A DNA stretch of 64,000 bases from NCBI RefSeq assembly GCF_023806635.1, contig NZ_JAMTDQ010000089.1:395-64394 (forward strand), written 5' to 3'. The position numbers and the translations under genes are program-made. The notes beneath the pieces were generated by a model. That model made no database searches. It worked only from the letters and a program-made list of their open reading frames with translations, and had not been told where the DNA came from. Positions 62,289 through 64,000 of the stretch are shown piece after piece (position 1 is the stretch's first letter; every line of letters begins with the position of its first letter). The DNA comes from Accumulibacter sp. GTDB taxonomy: Bacteria > Pseudomonadota > Gammaproteobacteria > Burkholderiales > Rhodocyclaceae.

Positions 62289-62759
62289 ATGAAACGCCGC
62301 TTCCTCGTCTTCCTTCTGGCCCTTCCTCCATTAGTTGCGCCGGCGGGCGAGCGGCTGTCCTGTCCCGATCCAGCGGCAGCGGTACAGGTCGGCAATTGTC
62401 CCGGCGAGGCCGAACTGCGCTACACCTTCAACGGCTTCTGCAGTGACAATCGCCGCATCTATCAGGACGATGCCGCGCTGTGCGCCGACTACGCAGACTA
62501 TCGGCAGGCGAAGAACGTCGCCCAGTGGGAGTCGGCGGACGGCGCCTTCACCGCCTACCTCGCGTGCGACCCGACGGTCCGGCTGACCGCGGTGCGCGGC
62601 GCGCGCATGACCGTGTCACGGCAGGGGCAGATCAGCCGCGTGGCCTGCGACTACGGTGAGGGAATCGTCTTCACGCACCGCACGCGCTTGCAGTGCCGCG
62701 TCGAAGGCGACGGCAACTGTTCGAATGGCCAGCAGCGGTGCATCGCCCGGTGTGAGTGA
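62289..62759 (+). CDS. Hypothetical exported cysteine-rich protein (10 Cys in the mature part)
   Basis: Signal MKRRFLVFLLALPPLVAPAGE. Ten cysteines are spread over about 135 aa. No family recognised. Confidence 0.55.
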   Translation: MKRRFLVFLLALPPLVAPAGERLSCPDPAAAVQVGNCPGEAELRYTFNGFCSDNRRIYQDDAALCADYADYRQAKNVAQWESADGAFTAYLACDPTVRLTAVRGARMTVSRQGQISRVACDYGEGIVFTHRTRLQCRVEGDGNCSNGQQRCIARCE

Positions 62760-62881
62760 GGAATCGCCGGTGGCGGGGCGGCAAGGGACGAGCGGGCAAC
62801 GCCGCGGCGCAGGTCGATGCCCGGCCGACGTGTGGCTCACCGGATTCGCCCGGCCATCCAGGGGTGAGTGAACAGAAAAAA

Positions 62882-62912
62882 AGCGGCGCGGACCCTGCAG
62901 GGTGCGCGCCGC
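62882..62912. terminator. Bidirectional Rho-independent terminator
   Basis: GCGGCGCG-g-ACCCT-gc-AGGGT-g-CGCGCCGC hairpin. It is flanked by A7 upstream (a U-run for the - strand small gene) and TGTTT downstream. Confidence 0.7.
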
Positions 62913-62934
62913 GCTGTTTGCGTTCAGCGACCTG

Positions 62935-63066
62935 TCAGCTCTTCGGCTTCGCCGGAGTGCTCATTTCGGCCTGCCCATCCTTGGCTTTCTCGCCCGGGCA
63001 GGCGACCACAGTGGCACTCGACAGAGCCAGAAACAAGGCCATCAGGCCGGCGGCCAACTTGCTCAT
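62935..63066 (-). CDS. Tiny lipoprotein (43 aa precursor, about 21-aa mature lipopeptide)
   Basis: ATG at 63066 after GAGGAGAC. MSKLAAGLMALFLALSSATVVA|CPGEKAKDGQAEMSTPAKPKS with lipobox VVAC. It has its own promoter-like elements and terminator. It lies inside the spurious 157-aa ORF 62935..63408. Confidence 0.55.
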   Translation of the reverse strand: MSKLAAGLMALFLALSSATVVACPGEKAKDGQAEMSTPAKPKS

Positions 63067-63102
63067 GAGCGTCTCCTCGTGACTGCCGACATTGGCGCCG
63101 AT

Positions 63103-63131
63103 ACTGTAGGCCTGTCGGCCGGGAAATTCAA
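63103..63131 (-). promoter_or_regulatory. sigma70-like promoter for the tiny lipoprotein gene
   Basis: On the - strand: TTGAAT (63131-63126), 17-nt spacer, TACAGT (63108-63103). It lies about 37 nt upstream of the ATG. Confidence 0.4.
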
Positions 63132-63151
63132 CCCCGGGCCGCCAGTGGTTC

Positions 63152-63805
63152 TCAGCACAGCTTGACGACGATGTTGTCGAGCGCCGCTGCCGCATCGGAG
63201 ACGCGGTCGGCCGCATTCGACAGGTGGCGGTAGGTTTCGCGCCGCTTGAACATGTGCAGGTAGTCGTCGCCCTGGAAGAGTTCGGCGATCGCGCGGCGGT
63301 AGGCCTTCTCCACCGTCCGCTCGGCCTTGCGGGCGGCTGCCGCGTCGCCACCGGCGGCCGCCGGGTCGCTGCCGAGGCGGCCAAAACCGCGCGCCAGCGC
63401 TTCCGCACCCTCGCGCAGGTGCATCGCCATCTCGAGGCTGTGCTTGTCCGGCTTCAGACCCAGGACGTCCATCTCGACCACCGTCGACTTGCAGTAATTG
63501 ACGATGTCGTCGAGCGTCATGATCGCGGCGTGGATGTCCTCGCGGTCGATCGGCGTCGAAAACGCCTCGCTGAGGACGCCGAGGTTGCTCGCCTTGACCC
63601 GGTCGGCCTCGTGCTCGTCGGCGCGCACCCGCTGGCTGACTGTCGGGTCGCCGGTTTCCATGAACTCGACGAGCAGGCGGGTGGTTTCGGCGGCGTTGGT
63701 GCTCTGTTCGCCGAGCATGCCGAAGAAGTCGGCGACGGTCGGGAAGACGCGTTCGTAGAGCCGGCGAAAGATCGGCTTGTTGGCTTCGCTTGGGTTGGTA
63801 TCCAT
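63152..63805 (-). CDS. DUF47 / PhoU-like phosphate transport regulator (Pit accessory protein)
   Basis: ATG at 63805 (GAGGAG 9 nt upstream). Contains FFGMLGEQSTNAAETTRLLVEF...ADEHEADRV...TPIDREDIHAAIMTLDDIVN. Located directly downstream of a PiT transporter gene. Confidence 0.8.
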   Translation of the reverse strand: MDTNPSEANKPIFRRLYERVFPTVADFFGMLGEQSTNAAETTRLLVEFMETGDPTVSQRVRADEHEADRVKASNLGVLSEAFSTPIDREDIHAAIMTLDDIVNYCKSTVVEMDVLGLKPDKHSLEMAMHLREGAEALARGFGRLGSDPAAAGGDAAAARKAERTVEKAYRRAIAELFQGDDYLHMFKRRETYRHLSNAADRVSDAAAALDNIVVKLC

Positions 63806-63827
63806 GGTTCTCATCTCCTCAGGTGGT

Positions 63828-64000
63828 TTAGCCGACGATGATCTTGGCTATTGCGTAAATGACGATGGCGGTGATTGCCGATGCGGGGATAGTGTACAAC
63901 CAAGTCTTGCCGATGTCCTTGGCCTTCTTCCAGCGCACCGCGCGCGGGCGCTCGGAGTAGCCGATGCCCATGATCGAGGTGGCGACGACGTGCGTCGTCG
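63828..64000 (-). CDS. Inorganic phosphate transporter (PiT family), C-terminal fragment (gene continues off the right edge)
   Basis: The reverse frame ends ...GIGYSERPRAVRWKKAKDIGKTWLYTIPASAITAIVIYAIAKIIVG* (TAA at 63830-63828), a PiT-like C-terminus. Confidence 0.65.
   Translation of the reverse strand, partial: TTHVVATSIMGIGYSERPRAVRWKKAKDIGKTWLYTIPASAITAIVIYAIAKIIVG

Overview
High-GC (roughly two-thirds G+C by eye) proteobacterial chromosome segment. Its gene order (dapB-carA-carB-greA / yhbY / rlmE-ftsH-folP-glmM, coaE-zapD, glnK-amtB) looks betaproteobacterial; that is an inference, no search was run. I can support about 60 protein-coding genes. I saw no rRNA, tRNA, CRISPR array, transposase or integrase. 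Most of the window is core housekeeping: cell wall (mltA, slt, bamE, NamZ-like), nitrogen (amt, glnK-amtB with sigma54/NtrC signals), replication and repair (dnaE, uvrD, comM), pyrimidine/arginine (carAB), translation and RNA modification (cca, ttcA, rlmE, rlmI, yhbY), ftsH-folP-glmM, metal homeostasis (fur, zur plus a COG0523 GTPase, SCO1) and msrBA. There is one clear accessory insertion: a 7.4-kb type I restriction-modification cassette (hsdM-hsdS-DUF1016 nuclease-hsdR, 13997-21093) between the amtB terminator and the dnaE operon. It has no mobility genes. It carries a C8 tract in the middle of hsdS and an A7 tract at the 5' end of hsdM. A second, smaller lower-GC patch (about 2.9-4.2 kb) holds an apparently frameshifted ion-channel-like gene and an orphan membrane protein coupled to zapD. 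Other signals worth follow-up are listed here. (1) A 7-copy octanucleotide tandem repeat in the uvrD/HDOD divergent region. (2) A perfect 13-bp inverted repeat plus a third half-site in front of zur. (3) An orphan intrinsic terminator (possible sRNA or attenuator) upstream of a SCO1 cluster. (4) A stand-alone 43-codon lipoprotein gene. (5) A translationally coupled qor / TAXI-membrane fusion / ParA-like trio. (6) An orphan 278-aa protein coupled to a MidA-like methyltransferase. I did not find convincing evidence for a wholly new multi-gene system; the candidates above are ranked honestly. ORF-track starts are often too far upstream, and an 'M' in the track can stand for GTG or TTG. I re-set starts where a Shine-Dalgarno site or a family-typical N-terminus was visible.
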